Source: a bacterium UBA2214 (GTDB lineage: Bacteria > Zhuqueibacterota > Zhuqueibacteria > Residuimicrobiales > Residuimicrobiaceae). Taken from it: a stretch of DNA of 47,554 nt. The stretch spans positions 1-47,554 of the forward strand of contig DCUM01000073.1 in assembly GCA_002327255.1 (NCBI GenBank), in the 5' to 3' direction. Under the pieces are notes generated by a model that searched no databases, was not told where the DNA came from, and was given only the letters and a program-made list of their open reading frames with translations. The position numbers and the translations under genes were made by a program. This document shows positions 29,587 to 39,588 of this stretch, in pieces. Within the stretch, counting starts at the first letter, position 1. Each line of letters starts with the position of its first letter.

Positions 29587-30891
29587 ATGAAAGACCATTG
29601 GCACATGGGCGCCTGGCGCGTGCGCCGAACCTCGATATGGTTCTGGAGCCTGCTCCTTTGTTTTTCCGGCACCGCGGATATGCTTTTCCGTCCGGCAGCG
29701 CCGCAATTTGATTTCAAGACGCTTTATTGTGCTGCGGCCGTTGCCCGGGAAGGGGGCGATTATTACGATCTCACCACCTTGCATGCCATGGCAGCGCATC
29801 ACGGTCTGCCGCAGCCGGTATGGCCCTACCTCTATCCGCCCTTCCTGGCCGAATTTGCAGCGCCTCTGACTTTTTGGCCCTATCAGGCCTGCGAGAAGGG
29901 ATGGATGATCGTCCATATTTTTGCGGGCGCCTTCATCGTGGCCTCGGGGGTGAAACTATCGCGCAGGCGCGATGCCGCCAAAGCGGCGACTCCCATCACC
30001 GTGCACCCGCTTCACCTGGCAGCGGTGGCCGGACTATTCCATCTGCTCGCGTTCCGTCACAATCTCTTCATGGGCCAGATCAATGTGCTGGTGCTCCTGG
30101 CGATATCGGCGAGCCTTGTTGCCTGTGCCGCAAAACGCGATGCGCTCAGCGGCATGGCGCTGTCGCTTGCCATCGTGATTAAAATGTCACCCTCCATCCT
30201 GCTGCTCTATTATGCCGTGTCAAGACGGCCGCGTATCCTGGTGGCCTGCCTGCTCTGCGCCGTCGTCCTCTTGCTGATGACGCTGCCTCTTTCCGGTCTG
30301 CAAAAATGGCTGCACTTTGGCCAGCTGCTGCCGCAACTCGCACCCGGAGAGACCGTGGCGGGACTTTTCCCGCCCGATTCCCTGTACAATTTTTCACTGG
30401 CTGGCTTTCTCAGCCGTTTGATTTCTTCCCACACCCTCGTGCGCGGGCTCGCTGCTGCGTTCGCTGCGATGCTTCTCATCGCCAGCTATCGCTGTGCGCG
30501 TCCGCACCTCCGCCAGGCTCCCGAATATCTGCTGCTGCCGCTCCTCACCCTCATGATCATCGCATCGCCGTTGAGTTATATCCACCACATCATCTATCTC
30601 TTCCCCGGCATCTGCTGGTTGGCAGGGCATACGGACAGCGCGTCAAAACGCGCGCTGATACTCTGCGGTTTGCTCATCGGCGCCGCTGCCGTGGCCGCGG
30701 TGGATTTCCCGTCGCGCTATCCCTGGTATCTCACCCGCCATGCACTGAACGGATGGAAAGCCATTCTCTTCACCTCACTGAATTTATATGCCCTGCTGCT
30801 GGTTCTCCTGTTCAGCTGTCTGCTGACCCGGATGCCCTCACAGACCCTTCCTGAAAACGCTCATAAATCAGCAGATTCTTGTACTCATTGA
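29587..30891 (+). CDS. DUF2029/GT87-like (PimE-type) polyprenyl-phosphate-sugar-dependent membrane glycosyltransferase
   Basis: 434-aa polytopic protein. YLYPPFLAEF in the first loop and IVIKMSPSILLLY resemble the GT87/DUF2029 signature. Confidence 0.55.
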   Translation: MKDHWHMGAWRVRRTSIWFWSLLLCFSGTADMLFRPAAPQFDFKTLYCAAAVAREGGDYYDLTTLHAMAAHHGLPQPVWPYLYPPFLAEFAAPLTFWPYQACEKGWMIVHIFAGAFIVASGVKLSRRRDAAKAATPITVHPLHLAAVAGLFHLLAFRHNLFMGQINVLVLLAISASLVACAAKRDALSGMALSLAIVIKMSPSILLLYYAVSRRPRILVACLLCAVVLLLMTLPLSGLQKWLHFGQLLPQLAPGETVAGLFPPDSLYNFSLAGFLSRLISSHTLVRGLAAAFAAMLLIASYRCARPHLRQAPEYLLLPLLTLMIIASPLSYIHHIIYLFPGICWLAGHTDSASKRALILCGLLIGAAAVAAVDFPSRYPWYLTRHALNGWKAILFTSLNLYALLLVLLFSCLLTRMPSQTLPENAHKSADSCTH

Positions 30892-32323
30892 GCGGGAAAG
30901 TCGCCAGCAAGCGATAGCCCCCCAAATGGTTCATGCGCTCGTAAAGGGCAAGGTGCATGGGGTGCATCGTGACATCCGCGGGCTCTTGCCGGTCATTGAG
31001 CGCGATAAAGCGCGGCCGAAAGGAAAAGACATAATCGGCATAGGCATCCAGATCCTGATTCTTCCAGAAACGGGGGATCGTCTTGTCGGTGAGACCGATG
31101 ATATCGATGATATGCGTTTCCGTCAAATACCCGATGACGCCCACTTCGTTGACCACCAGGACGTCGCCAGGGTCCGCATGGCGTCGCAGAAAGTGTGCGA
31201 TTTGCCGATGGGCACGGCTGTGCATGGCTGGATTGATGTTGGCGCCTGTTTTCACCGACTCGGCGCCGAACCAGAATGCGACCAGGTTAAAAACGATCAG
31301 CACAGTGAGCCCGGAGATCATTTTCCACGGCGCCGTGCGCACACCGGCATCGCCCTGCAGCAGCCGGCCGAGCGCTGCAAAAGCGAACAGCGCCATCAGG
31401 GGGAGCGCCGGGACGTAAAAGCGGCCGAAGCTCATCCAGTCGAAACCGCTGAACCAGATAAAAAATAACGGGCAGACGAGCACAGCCGCCAGCATGAGGT
31501 CGCATTTTCTGAAATAGTAAAGTACATACAAAATGGCAAAGAACAACAGCACTTCATTCCAGGGAAAGCTCGCCCAGGTATAGCTGATAAAAGTACGCGT
31601 GTGCCAGATCAGGTAGTCCAGGATACCCGACTGTGTCTTGATTTTTGCATAAAATGTATTGGGAAGAGGCGATTGATAATAGAGCATCCGCCACACGGTG
31701 AGAGCGCCGAGGCAGAGGATGGGGAGAGCCAGGGGGGTCAAGCGGCGCGGCCGGCGCATCCACAGAAAAAGGGCCAGCGGGGCGATGAACAAGAGGCCTT
31801 CCGGGCGGGTCATCAGCAAGGTGGCGGCGGTCACAGCCGCCAGCCAGGGTCTCTCCTTCACGATCAGGGCGGCAAAAAGAATGATCTGAAAGGCATAAAA
31901 GAGGGTTTCCATGCCGGATATGGCATAATAGACCATCCCGATGCTGGTGCTCAGATAGAGTCCGAGAAAAATAACCAGGGGTTCGGCGGCCCCAAAATGG
32001 CGGCGGAAAATATGCATCGCAAGCAGCAGCGTGGCGATGCCGCAGAACACGCCCATGATCTTGGATATCCCTTCCAGTTCCACACCGAGCGCGTGCCATG
32101 CCGCCAGAATCAGCACCCAGAGCAAATTGGAGTAGCCTTCGACGCGTTCCCCCGGATTGAAGACGAGTCCGTGACCTTCGGCCAGATGCACGGCGTAGCG
32201 GAAGGAGATGAAGGAGTCATCGAGGGTGGCATCCCGGAGCACGAGGCAGAGGATGATAAAGAGCGTCACGATGGCAACTGTGGCGCCCCCCTTTTTCAGG
32301 GAAGGAGAAATGTTCAAGGCCAT
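30812..32323 (-). CDS. GT-C fold membrane glycosyltransferase (arabinofuranosyl/mannosyl-transferase-like)
   Basis: 503 aa. The N-terminal loop motif is LDDSFISFRYAVHLAEGHGLVFNPGERVEGYSNLLW, followed by many TM helices. Confidence 0.55.
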   Translation of the reverse strand: MALNISPSLKKGGATVAIVTLFIILCLVLRDATLDDSFISFRYAVHLAEGHGLVFNPGERVEGYSNLLWVLILAAWHALGVELEGISKIMGVFCGIATLLLAMHIFRRHFGAAEPLVIFLGLYLSTSIGMVYYAISGMETLFYAFQIILFAALIVKERPWLAAVTAATLLMTRPEGLLFIAPLALFLWMRRPRRLTPLALPILCLGALTVWRMLYYQSPLPNTFYAKIKTQSGILDYLIWHTRTFISYTWASFPWNEVLLFFAILYVLYYFRKCDLMLAAVLVCPLFFIWFSGFDWMSFGRFYVPALPLMALFAFAALGRLLQGDAGVRTAPWKMISGLTVLIVFNLVAFWFGAESVKTGANINPAMHSRAHRQIAHFLRRHADPGDVLVVNEVGVIGYLTETHIIDIIGLTDKTIPRFWKNQDLDAYADYVFSFRPRFIALNDRQEPADVTMHPMHLALYERMNHLGGYRLLATFPLNEYKNLLIYERFQEGSVRASGSADS

Positions 32324-32329
32324 ATCGAT

Positions 32330-33595
32330 CTACTCAACGTTCTTCAGGATGAATTGTCTGATTTCATGCCGGGTGTTTCTCAGATCGCTGAAAGGCCAGC
32401 GCCGGCGGTCGTTGATATCGTATTTCAGAGTGGACTGATAAACAGGTTGGGTGAAACAGGCCTGTATCTGTCCGTTGATATGGAGCTGGCCGAGCAGATA
32501 GAGGAGCGCCATGAGTGCCAGCCGCGGGCGCCACGTCGTCGCGGCCTGCCAGAGTCGCACAAAAAGGGTCACCAGGAGCGCCGCCACGGCAAAAGCCGGC
32601 AGGCCGAGCAAGCGGGGTGAAGCATCGAGCATGTTGGGCAGCGTGGCGATCACCCACCATGCCAGCAGGAAGCGAATCACTCCGTAATCCTGTAGAAGGA
32701 TGTGCTTTTTATCCCGGACACTGCGGAGGAAGAGAATGACCACCGCAGCCAGGAGGATGGCGGTGAGCCAGCCTGGCATCAGGAAGAGCGGGTATATCGC
32801 CGTGAGCAGCGCCTCGAAGTAGCGGATCGCCATGCCTGCCCAGGCGATGAGGGGATGGCTGGCGACCCAGGCGTTTTCGGAAAAACCACGCTCCCCGACC
32901 GTACGCGCCCCGAGCACACTCAGGCGCCACAAAAAATAGCCACTCCAGAGCAGATAATGTGGCACCAGAAGCCGCCACATCCGTTCGCTCCGGACGGATT
33001 TGCCCGTCAGAAGCAACGAGGCTGTGAGTATCAGCGGCAGACTCAGGCTGATCTCTTTGCACAGCCAGGCCATGAGGGCCAATGCGCATGAAGCGATCAG
33101 CCAGGCACTCCGCTTTGTCTGCTCTTGCTGTGCGTGCATAAAAGCGAGCCAGGAAGCCATCATCAGCAGCAAGGCCCAAAGATCGATTTGCGCAGAAATC
33201 CAGGTTACCACAACCGCATTGCCGGGCAGAATCAACCACAGCAGCACCGCGGTCAATGCCTGCACCTGAGAAAATTCGAGACGCCGCAAAATGTGAAAAT
33301 AAAGCATCATCAGGAGGGTGGCCAGGAGCAGGTTAACGCCATGATAGAGCCAGGTCGTGTTGGAAAAGAGGGCATATTGCAGGGCAAAATGGTAATTGAT
33401 CAGGGGGCGGTAAAATCGCTCGGACCATGGTTGTGAAAAACCGGCTGACAACTCGGCGGAAGAGTAGTCGCGGATCAGCAGGGCATCATCGTAGCTCCAG
33501 CCAAAGGAGAGCGTGCCGCCGTAAAGTGCGGCCACCAGCAGAGGGATAACCCAGGCCGGGTGACGCGTGATCGTTGCGCTGTTCAGCCACTGCAT
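32330..33595 (-). CDS. GT-C fold membrane protein, PMT/TMTC (DUF1736)-like, without TPR tail
   Basis: About 421 aa from the ATG at 33595 (AGGTG upstream). The first-loop motif is FGWSYDDALLIRD ... FYRPLINYHFALQYALF ... YHGVNLLL. Confidence 0.5.
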   Translation of the reverse strand: MQWLNSATITRHPAWVIPLLVAALYGGTLSFGWSYDDALLIRDYSSAELSAGFSQPWSERFYRPLINYHFALQYALFSNTTWLYHGVNLLLATLLMMLYFHILRRLEFSQVQALTAVLLWLILPGNAVVVTWISAQIDLWALLLMMASWLAFMHAQQEQTKRSAWLIASCALALMAWLCKEISLSLPLILTASLLLTGKSVRSERMWRLLVPHYLLWSGYFLWRLSVLGARTVGERGFSENAWVASHPLIAWAGMAIRYFEALLTAIYPLFLMPGWLTAILLAAVVILFLRSVRDKKHILLQDYGVIRFLLAWWVIATLPNMLDASPRLLGLPAFAVAALLVTLFVRLWQAATTWRPRLALMALLYLLGQLHINGQIQACFTQPVYQSTLKYDINDRRRWPFSDLRNTRHEIRQFILKNVE

Positions 33596-33606
33596 TTTTG
33601 CACCTG

Positions 33607-34668
33607 TCAAAAAGCGAATGAGCCTGAAATCCGATGGGAATTATCCAGTTTATCCGCCACAAACGCATAGTCCACTGCAAAACCGAGAAAGCGCAGGCCG
33701 GCGCCGGCGGTCATATGATCCTGGTGGTAACCGCCGCGCAAACTGATGGCGTTGAAAAAATCGAGTTCAGCGCCGGCAAAGTTACCCTCTGTGTTCCAAA
33801 AGGCTCTGTCATAGGCGATGGTAATGCGGGTACGCCAGAACGCCAGCAGGTGTGAGGCGGCGACGCCCGTCACCAGGCCGCGCTCTATTTCATCTTTGTG
33901 CCGGGAATCGGTGTTCCAGCTCAATTGTGTCCTGGACAGATCGCGGATGACGGCGCCGGCGCCGAACCAGGTGCGCGGATCGGGCTCATCTTCCCAGTTC
34001 GGCATGACGCGTACCAGCACGCCGGCATCGATGCCCTGACCACTTCCGGCATACTGATCCAGTTTCTGGTGTATATACTTTCCGGTGAAGCCAACGGATA
34101 TTTCGGTTGGCAGGTAGACATCCGAGAAACCGCCGGCCATTTCCAGATCCAGGATGATGCTGCGCCGGAAAGAGAGCAGAATGGCGTCCTCCTTGTCGGA
34201 GAAATAGCCGAGGGCTTCTCCGCTGGAGCGGTGCTGACCGAGGATGAGGCGGTCGTAGCGGCTGCCCTCGAGCGCGCCATAGCGCGGGATGTCATCGACG
34301 CCGAGACGAATCCAGTTGAGGCTGATACTGGTGGAATAGTCAAAGGCGAGATGCGCACTCATGCTGTTATACTGTGCCAATCCGGAGAAGAGGGGTACAT
34401 GTTCGAGCTGCACAGCGATGCGGCTGACGCCCGCCCAACCGGCCGGATTCCAATAGGTTGCGCTGGCATCATTGGCAAGCGCCACATAAGCGCCGCCCAT
34501 GGCCATGGGACGCGCGCCAACACCGATGCGCAGGAAATCGGCGGCGTAATCACCCGGTGTCGCCGGGGGGGCCGCCATGAGAAGCAGAAGAAACACTGCT
34601 GCAACTGCCTTGATTGTTATCATCACAAACCTCATCTCCATTCCGTTTGCCCTTTCGAAATCGGTCAT
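33607..34668 (-). CDS. porV: T9SS outer-membrane shuttle protein, PorV/PorQ family
   Basis: A signal peptide is followed by the family motif DFLRIGVGARPMAMGGAYVALANDASATYWNPAG. The composition is beta-barrel-like and the protein ends in F. Its ATGA overlap with porU suggests translational coupling. Confidence 0.8.
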   Translation of the reverse strand: MTDFERANGMEMRFVMITIKAVAAVFLLLLMAAPPATPGDYAADFLRIGVGARPMAMGGAYVALANDASATYWNPAGWAGVSRIAVQLEHVPLFSGLAQYNSMSAHLAFDYSTSISLNWIRLGVDDIPRYGALEGSRYDRLILGQHRSSGEALGYFSDKEDAILLSFRRSIILDLEMAGGFSDVYLPTEISVGFTGKYIHQKLDQYAGSGQGIDAGVLVRVMPNWEDEPDPRTWFGAGAVIRDLSRTQLSWNTDSRHKDEIERGLVTGVAASHLLAFWRTRITIAYDRAFWNTEGNFAGAELDFFNAISLRGGYHQDHMTAGAGLRFLGFAVDYAFVADKLDNSHRISGSFAF

Positions 34669-37600
34669 TGCAGCCTGGCCATCTTTTCAATGCGTTCGAA
34701 CTTTTTCTCCCCGTTCCGCGCCGTAAATCTCAGGTAATAAACACCGTTGGCAACCTGGTTGCCATCTTCGTCACTGCCATCCCAATCCCACTCGTGATAG
34801 CCCGTCACACCCTGCATCGTAACCCGGCGTACCAACCGGCCGGATACCGTATAAATCATCATTTCGACTTCAGTGGCCGTTTCGGTCAACAGGAAGGCAA
34901 TGGTCGTCTCGTGTTGAAACGGATTGGGATGGTTTGCCAGACTGGCCAGACTGAAGGTACCTTCAACCCGGAAGAGCGTTTGCAGGCTGGCGGGATTGCC
35001 GTTAATGTCCCTGATTTCAATCATCAATTCATGTTCTCCGGCTGCGAGCTGCGGGGAATAGGTGAGTGTCATGACATGGCGCGTATCCGCATCCTGGAAG
35101 AGCTTATAGTGCTCTGCCGGCACTTCGACGCCGTCCAACTGCAGGCGCAGACCGGAATCCGCCACATCAAAGCCGCTCTGATCTTCGCATGAGACCGTGA
35201 AAACCGGGCGAGAAGAGACAACGTCTCCGGGGGCATAATTCTGTCCGCTGATACTGACACGGATGACAGGCCCATCGCTATCCTGGCTGGCCAGCAACGA
35301 GAAGCCTTTCATGGCGGACGGCAAATAAGCGCGCAGGGTGCCTTGGGCCGCATCAATGGTCGAGGGCAGTCCGTGCCAGGTATTGGAGGCCTCATTCCAG
35401 GCGTAAATGCGCAGCGTGTTATTCTTCAGCAGCTCTGCAATCTGGGTATCGGAGGCGTCAACCACTGCGACAATTGGAATCGCCTTGCTCAATACCAGTG
35501 TGGAATCGGATAATTTATAGCGGTACAGCAGCGGTTTGGTGGCGTTCTTCAGTTTGACCGGTGTCAGGCCGGAGAGTTCCGCGGCCCGCTTCTGTTCCGC
35601 CTCCCATTTCTGGCTCCAGCTCAAGGACACCGTTTGATTGATCGACCTGGGGGGAATTTCGAGGTAGCCGCTTGCGTCCGGCAAATAGAGCGCTCCTCCT
35701 GTGCCGGCCGATTCCGTCACAAGCCGGGATACGACCAGGGTGATATTGTTACCCTCGTTACTCTCCGTCACCTGCCGATCAACGTCCACCTGAAACCACA
35801 GCTTGGTTTCGCCGGCGGTTGGATCGGGCCATTCGATCGTCATGGTGGTATCCCGTTTGCCGGCGATCGTTGTAATGACCATTTTGTGGCCGATGGCTTG
35901 ATAACTTGATGCGTTGACGCCCTCGGTCACCGTCACAGCAAAAACCCCACTGGCTTTGTCACCGGTATTCCTGATGATAAAAGAGATTTTGGTGGGCTGC
36001 CCCCCCACCTTAACCGACTGAGGCGTAATCGACAGATCGGGACGGTATCCGATCTGGATCGTCGTGATATCGCCAACCAGTTGTTCGTTGGTGCCCGTAG
36101 TGACCAGTGTCTGGTATTGTACCGTTGCGCCTTCAATCTGCTGAACGGGTTCGGTCGTTCTCCAGACTCCGCTGGCCTGCTTGACGAGATTATAGCGCTG
36201 CCAGTTTTTGCGGTCCGGGGTGATGTTCATCTGTACCAGCTTTACGCCTCCCATTTCACCCAATGATGACTCGTCGACAGTGATATTGAAATAGAGATAA
36301 TCATTGTGGGTTGGTCTGGCGGGATCCATGGTCACCAAAATCGCAGCGATCGGATTGATCGATATTTCAGCCACATTGGCGGCATCGTTTTGGTCATCGC
36401 GGGCAAAGACGCGGATATACGCCTTGCCCTGCTGGCTTTTCCAGGCTTTGATGTTCTCTTCGCTGATGGTGTAGAGATCGCAGGAATAGGCGCCACCCTG
36501 CACGACGGCTTCCTTGCTGACCAGCAACGAATCGCGGTCGTTAGACAAGGTGACCGTGACCGTCCCCTGTTGGACATGAGCGGCCTTTCCCGTGACGCGG
36601 ATGGACTCTCCCGGCCGATAGGCAGATTTGCCGGGCTGAACCGTGACATCCGCAGCGGATAAATAATAGGGCAATGCGGGATCGCCGAGGAGAATGAAAT
36701 GGCGCACCTGATCCCAATAGCCATTGGTATTGGCAATGAGCAAAATTTTGCCCAATGTCGTGATTTCGCCGACGCGGCGGCGGTTTTCTTTATACATCGC
36801 ATCAAACAGGGCAATATTGAGGTAGTAATCACCATCGGCCGTCGCCCGCCCGGCAGAACCAAAGTGCGCAACGGCGCCCTTGTCCACCGCCAGCACCAGT
36901 TCTTCGCCCAGGGAATCCATTTCGGGATTATCAAAATGGCCGACAAAACAGGTCAGACTGAAAACCAGGGGATATCTGTTTTTATTGTGCAGCCGTGCAA
37001 TATCTTCAATCTGGAACAATTCGTTGTCAAAGTAAACACCCCCACCGCCATGGCCGATAAAATTGAGCAGCGTTTGTCCACGATTGATCATATCCGCAAG
37101 ATCCTGCGTCGCGCCAAAATAGGGTGAGGTCGGTTGTGTCGTCAGACGGTTCACCCAAACCCGTTTCGGCGTATACTTGTTGATCAATTCCTCGGCATCA
37201 TTGATGAAGCGGGAGCCGTCCGCGTAAACCATGGCGATATTGCGGCGCCAGCTGTCAATGATGGAGTGATCCTGATAGTTGAGCGTCTTGTTGACCATAT
37301 TTTCAGCCTGCTGCACCGTGCTGACGGGAAAGCGCCCGACGTAAAGATCGGGCAGAATATCGTTACCGCTCACCGCTACAAAAGCATTGTCTGAAGAGGT
37401 CATACCCCACGAACCCGTGAAAACCATCAAGGCGGGAATGAAGGTGGGCATGAAAGTTTTCTTGCCGGTTCCCTTGACGATACTGCGTTTGTTCATATAA
37501 TGGGTTGTATCGCCAAAAAGGAGAATATAGAGAGGCGCCGGTTTGGACCAATGATGATAGGCATAGGCAATGAAATCGCGAATGGCATTGGGATCATAAA

Positions 37601-39521
37601 TGCCGAAATTGAACTCATCATAGATGTCCTGCACATCGACGACCATGGTGCGCATGCCTTCGCTGTTGCGGCGCTGTGCCAGACGCTGTGCCTGGTTGAT
37701 AAAATCCTTATGTGAAATGATAATATAGTCGGCGCTCTGGGCGCTGTTTTTCAACGCAGAGGGTGCGTCCAGTGTGATGCTGGCCACGCGTGACAGGCGA
37801 TTCTCGCCGAGTATATACATTTTGCGACTGGTCGTGGCATGGAGGCTGAGGTAACAGGTGTAAGAGCTTTTTTCGCGTTTGATGGCAAAGCCCTTCAGCA
37901 GGTGTCCCTCCTCCGTGAATGCGTAAAGCCGGTCGCTGCTGAAGCCCTCGATGCGCACCGGGGCCATGGTTGCGGGCGGCAGTGTAAAGCGGATGGAATC
38001 TTTTTGGGCGATCAGCTTGCCGCTGTAGCCCAGCTCTATATAATTAACCAAAATTTTGTCCACATTGACCCCAGGCAAATCCAGGGGTAGTTTGATATTG
38101 AGCGTGTTGCCCGTCGTCGCAATCGGCGGTGCGTCGATGGTTTTGTCAAAAGTATATTGCGTCTGATTATCCCAGATGGCATCACCGACCGCCTGACCAT
38201 TAATGAAGAATCTGGCGTGATGGTCGGGATTGGCCTGATAGATATGGGTCAAGCCGAGCATGTCAATTTTTAATCTCAGCGGCGTATGCGGCAGCGCATT
38301 ATCCAGGGGCAGAGGCGTTGAAAAATCGTAATCATTCGACGCAGAACCCCAATACCAGCGGTCGAGGGTTAAATCGCTGTTTTCCAGGGTTCGTTCGTAG
38401 AGGTTGTCGTATTCCAGGTGCAGAGAAAAATCGCCATGCGTCAGGGTATCTGCTGCCGGAAAAGCGGGAGAAACATCCGTCTCTGCGAAACGGCTTCCGG
38501 TTGTGCCATCCACTTGCAGAAAGTAGATATTGAGATCGGAATATTGCGAGAAATAATGGTTGTTCGAGCTGTTGTGCTTGCCAATGAAGAGGATGCGATC
38601 ATCCGGATCGAGGCGGCCATCACTCGCGCCTTCGACCTGGATAGCCACGCTCTTGCCGCGGTTATACATGGCGAGCGCCTGGGGCGAAATGGAAGCCAGT
38701 GACAGTCCGGCCGCTTCGAGTTCCCGGCCGCTGATGGCATAGACGCCGTCATACTCCACCGCGATGCGGAGTTGCGTGACCGCCGCGGCAACTGCATTTC
38801 TGGCCAAAGCCGGGGCTGTTTGCGCCTGCCCGCGCCATTTTTTTGCTTCGCCATAGTTGGCCAGTGTCGCCTGCAGCATGTTCTCGAACTCGAGCCGCTC
38901 TGCGGCCGGACTCGTCTGTCTGGCCAGAGTGGATTCGGCACTCTTTTCATTGATATTAAAATCGATCCGGAAGCGAAGGCTGCGGGTGATGTGCAGCATT
39001 TGTTGCGCATGCAAATAACGCACCGGGTTCAGCTGCACCTGGACGATGCGCTGACTGCGGATGAAACCGTCCATCGCCAACTCTGCATTTGCAGAGGGGT
39101 ACCATCCCTCGATTTCCTGCAAGGGGAGAAGGGCTGCTTCTTCCTCTGCATTCAGCCCCGGGGCATAGACAGGCTTCCCGGCGAGACGCAGGGCGCCGCT
39201 CTGCCTCACGATGCTCTTTTCCTGCAGGATGGAAAAGTGCGCCTGGCCGGCAGCGGGGATACCGAGCAGAATGCCGGTCACCGGAAGTCTGGGCAACAGA
39301 TAACGATCGCTGTAGCTGCAGCCCGGCAAGGTTATGTCTGAAACCCACTGTCCATCCATCAACCGCTGCACGGTGCGCACAGAGTCGAAAACCACTTCGC
39401 CGATGAGGTAGCGATCGGTGCTCTCCAGCGTGGTATACTGATAGGGCTTTGTAGACGCGGCGAATCCGGTTTGCAGGCTCCCTAAAAGCAACATGGCCAA
39501 AATCCAAGATGCCCTCTTCAT
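34665..39521 (-). CDS. porU: T9SS C-terminal signal peptidase/sortase PorU-like (peptidase C25 family), enlarged
   Basis: The start is an ATG at 39521 after AAGGAG, with signal peptide MKRASWILAMLLLGSLQTGFAAS. The C25 core is DYIIISHKDF...VDVQDIYDEFNFGIYDPNAIRDFI. The His (LNFIGHGGGG) and Cys (LVFSLTCFVGHF) of the dyad are present. Ig-like repeats follow, then a C-terminal FlgD-Ig/Por sorting domain (NHPNPFQHETTIAF...WDWDGSDEDGNQVANGVYYLRF). Confidence 0.8.
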   Translation of the reverse strand: MKRASWILAMLLLGSLQTGFAASTKPYQYTTLESTDRYLIGEVVFDSVRTVQRLMDGQWVSDITLPGCSYSDRYLLPRLPVTGILLGIPAAGQAHFSILQEKSIVRQSGALRLAGKPVYAPGLNAEEEAALLPLQEIEGWYPSANAELAMDGFIRSQRIVQVQLNPVRYLHAQQMLHITRSLRFRIDFNINEKSAESTLARQTSPAAERLEFENMLQATLANYGEAKKWRGQAQTAPALARNAVAAAVTQLRIAVEYDGVYAISGRELEAAGLSLASISPQALAMYNRGKSVAIQVEGASDGRLDPDDRILFIGKHNSSNNHYFSQYSDLNIYFLQVDGTTGSRFAETDVSPAFPAADTLTHGDFSLHLEYDNLYERTLENSDLTLDRWYWGSASNDYDFSTPLPLDNALPHTPLRLKIDMLGLTHIYQANPDHHARFFINGQAVGDAIWDNQTQYTFDKTIDAPPIATTGNTLNIKLPLDLPGVNVDKILVNYIELGYSGKLIAQKDSIRFTLPPATMAPVRIEGFSSDRLYAFTEEGHLLKGFAIKREKSSYTCYLSLHATTSRKMYILGENRLSRVASITLDAPSALKNSAQSADYIIISHKDFINQAQRLAQRRNSEGMRTMVVDVQDIYDEFNFGIYDPNAIRDFIAYAYHHWSKPAPLYILLFGDTTHYMNKRSIVKGTGKKTFMPTFIPALMVFTGSWGMTSSDNAFVAVSGNDILPDLYVGRFPVSTVQQAENMVNKTLNYQDHSIIDSWRRNIAMVYADGSRFINDAEELINKYTPKRVWVNRLTTQPTSPYFGATQDLADMINRGQTLLNFIGHGGGGVYFDNELFQIEDIARLHNKNRYPLVFSLTCFVGHFDNPEMDSLGEELVLAVDKGAVAHFGSAGRATADGDYYLNIALFDAMYKENRRRVGEITTLGKILLIANTNGYWDQVRHFILLGDPALPYYLSAADVTVQPGKSAYRPGESIRVTGKAAHVQQGTVTVTLSNDRDSLLVSKEAVVQGGAYSCDLYTISEENIKAWKSQQGKAYIRVFARDDQNDAANVAEISINPIAAILVTMDPARPTHNDYLYFNITVDESSLGEMGGVKLVQMNITPDRKNWQRYNLVKQASGVWRTTEPVQQIEGATVQYQTLVTTGTNEQLVGDITTIQIGYRPDLSITPQSVKVGGQPTKISFIIRNTGDKASGVFAVTVTEGVNASSYQAIGHKMVITTIAGKRDTTMTIEWPDPTAGETKLWFQVDVDRQVTESNEGNNITLVVSRLVTESAGTGGALYLPDASGYLEIPPRSINQTVSLSWSQKWEAEQKRAAELSGLTPVKLKNATKPLLYRYKLSDSTLVLSKAIPIVAVVDASDTQIAELLKNNTLRIYAWNEASNTWHGLPSTIDAAQGTLRAYLPSAMKGFSLLASQDSDGPVIRVSISGQNYAPGDVVSSRPVFTVSCEDQSGFDVADSGLRLQLDGVEVPAEHYKLFQDADTRHVMTLTYSPQLAAGEHELMIEIRDINGNPASLQTLFRVEGTFSLASLANHPNPFQHETTIAFLLTETATEVEMMIYTVSGRLVRRVTMQGVTGYHEWDWDGSDEDGNQVANGVYYLRFTARNGEKKFERIEKMARLQ

Positions 39522-39588
39522 GCCGTCTCCTTTCATTCGCCTCTGATCGTCCCGTCGTTCACAGCTGCTGTATTTCACGAAACACCCA

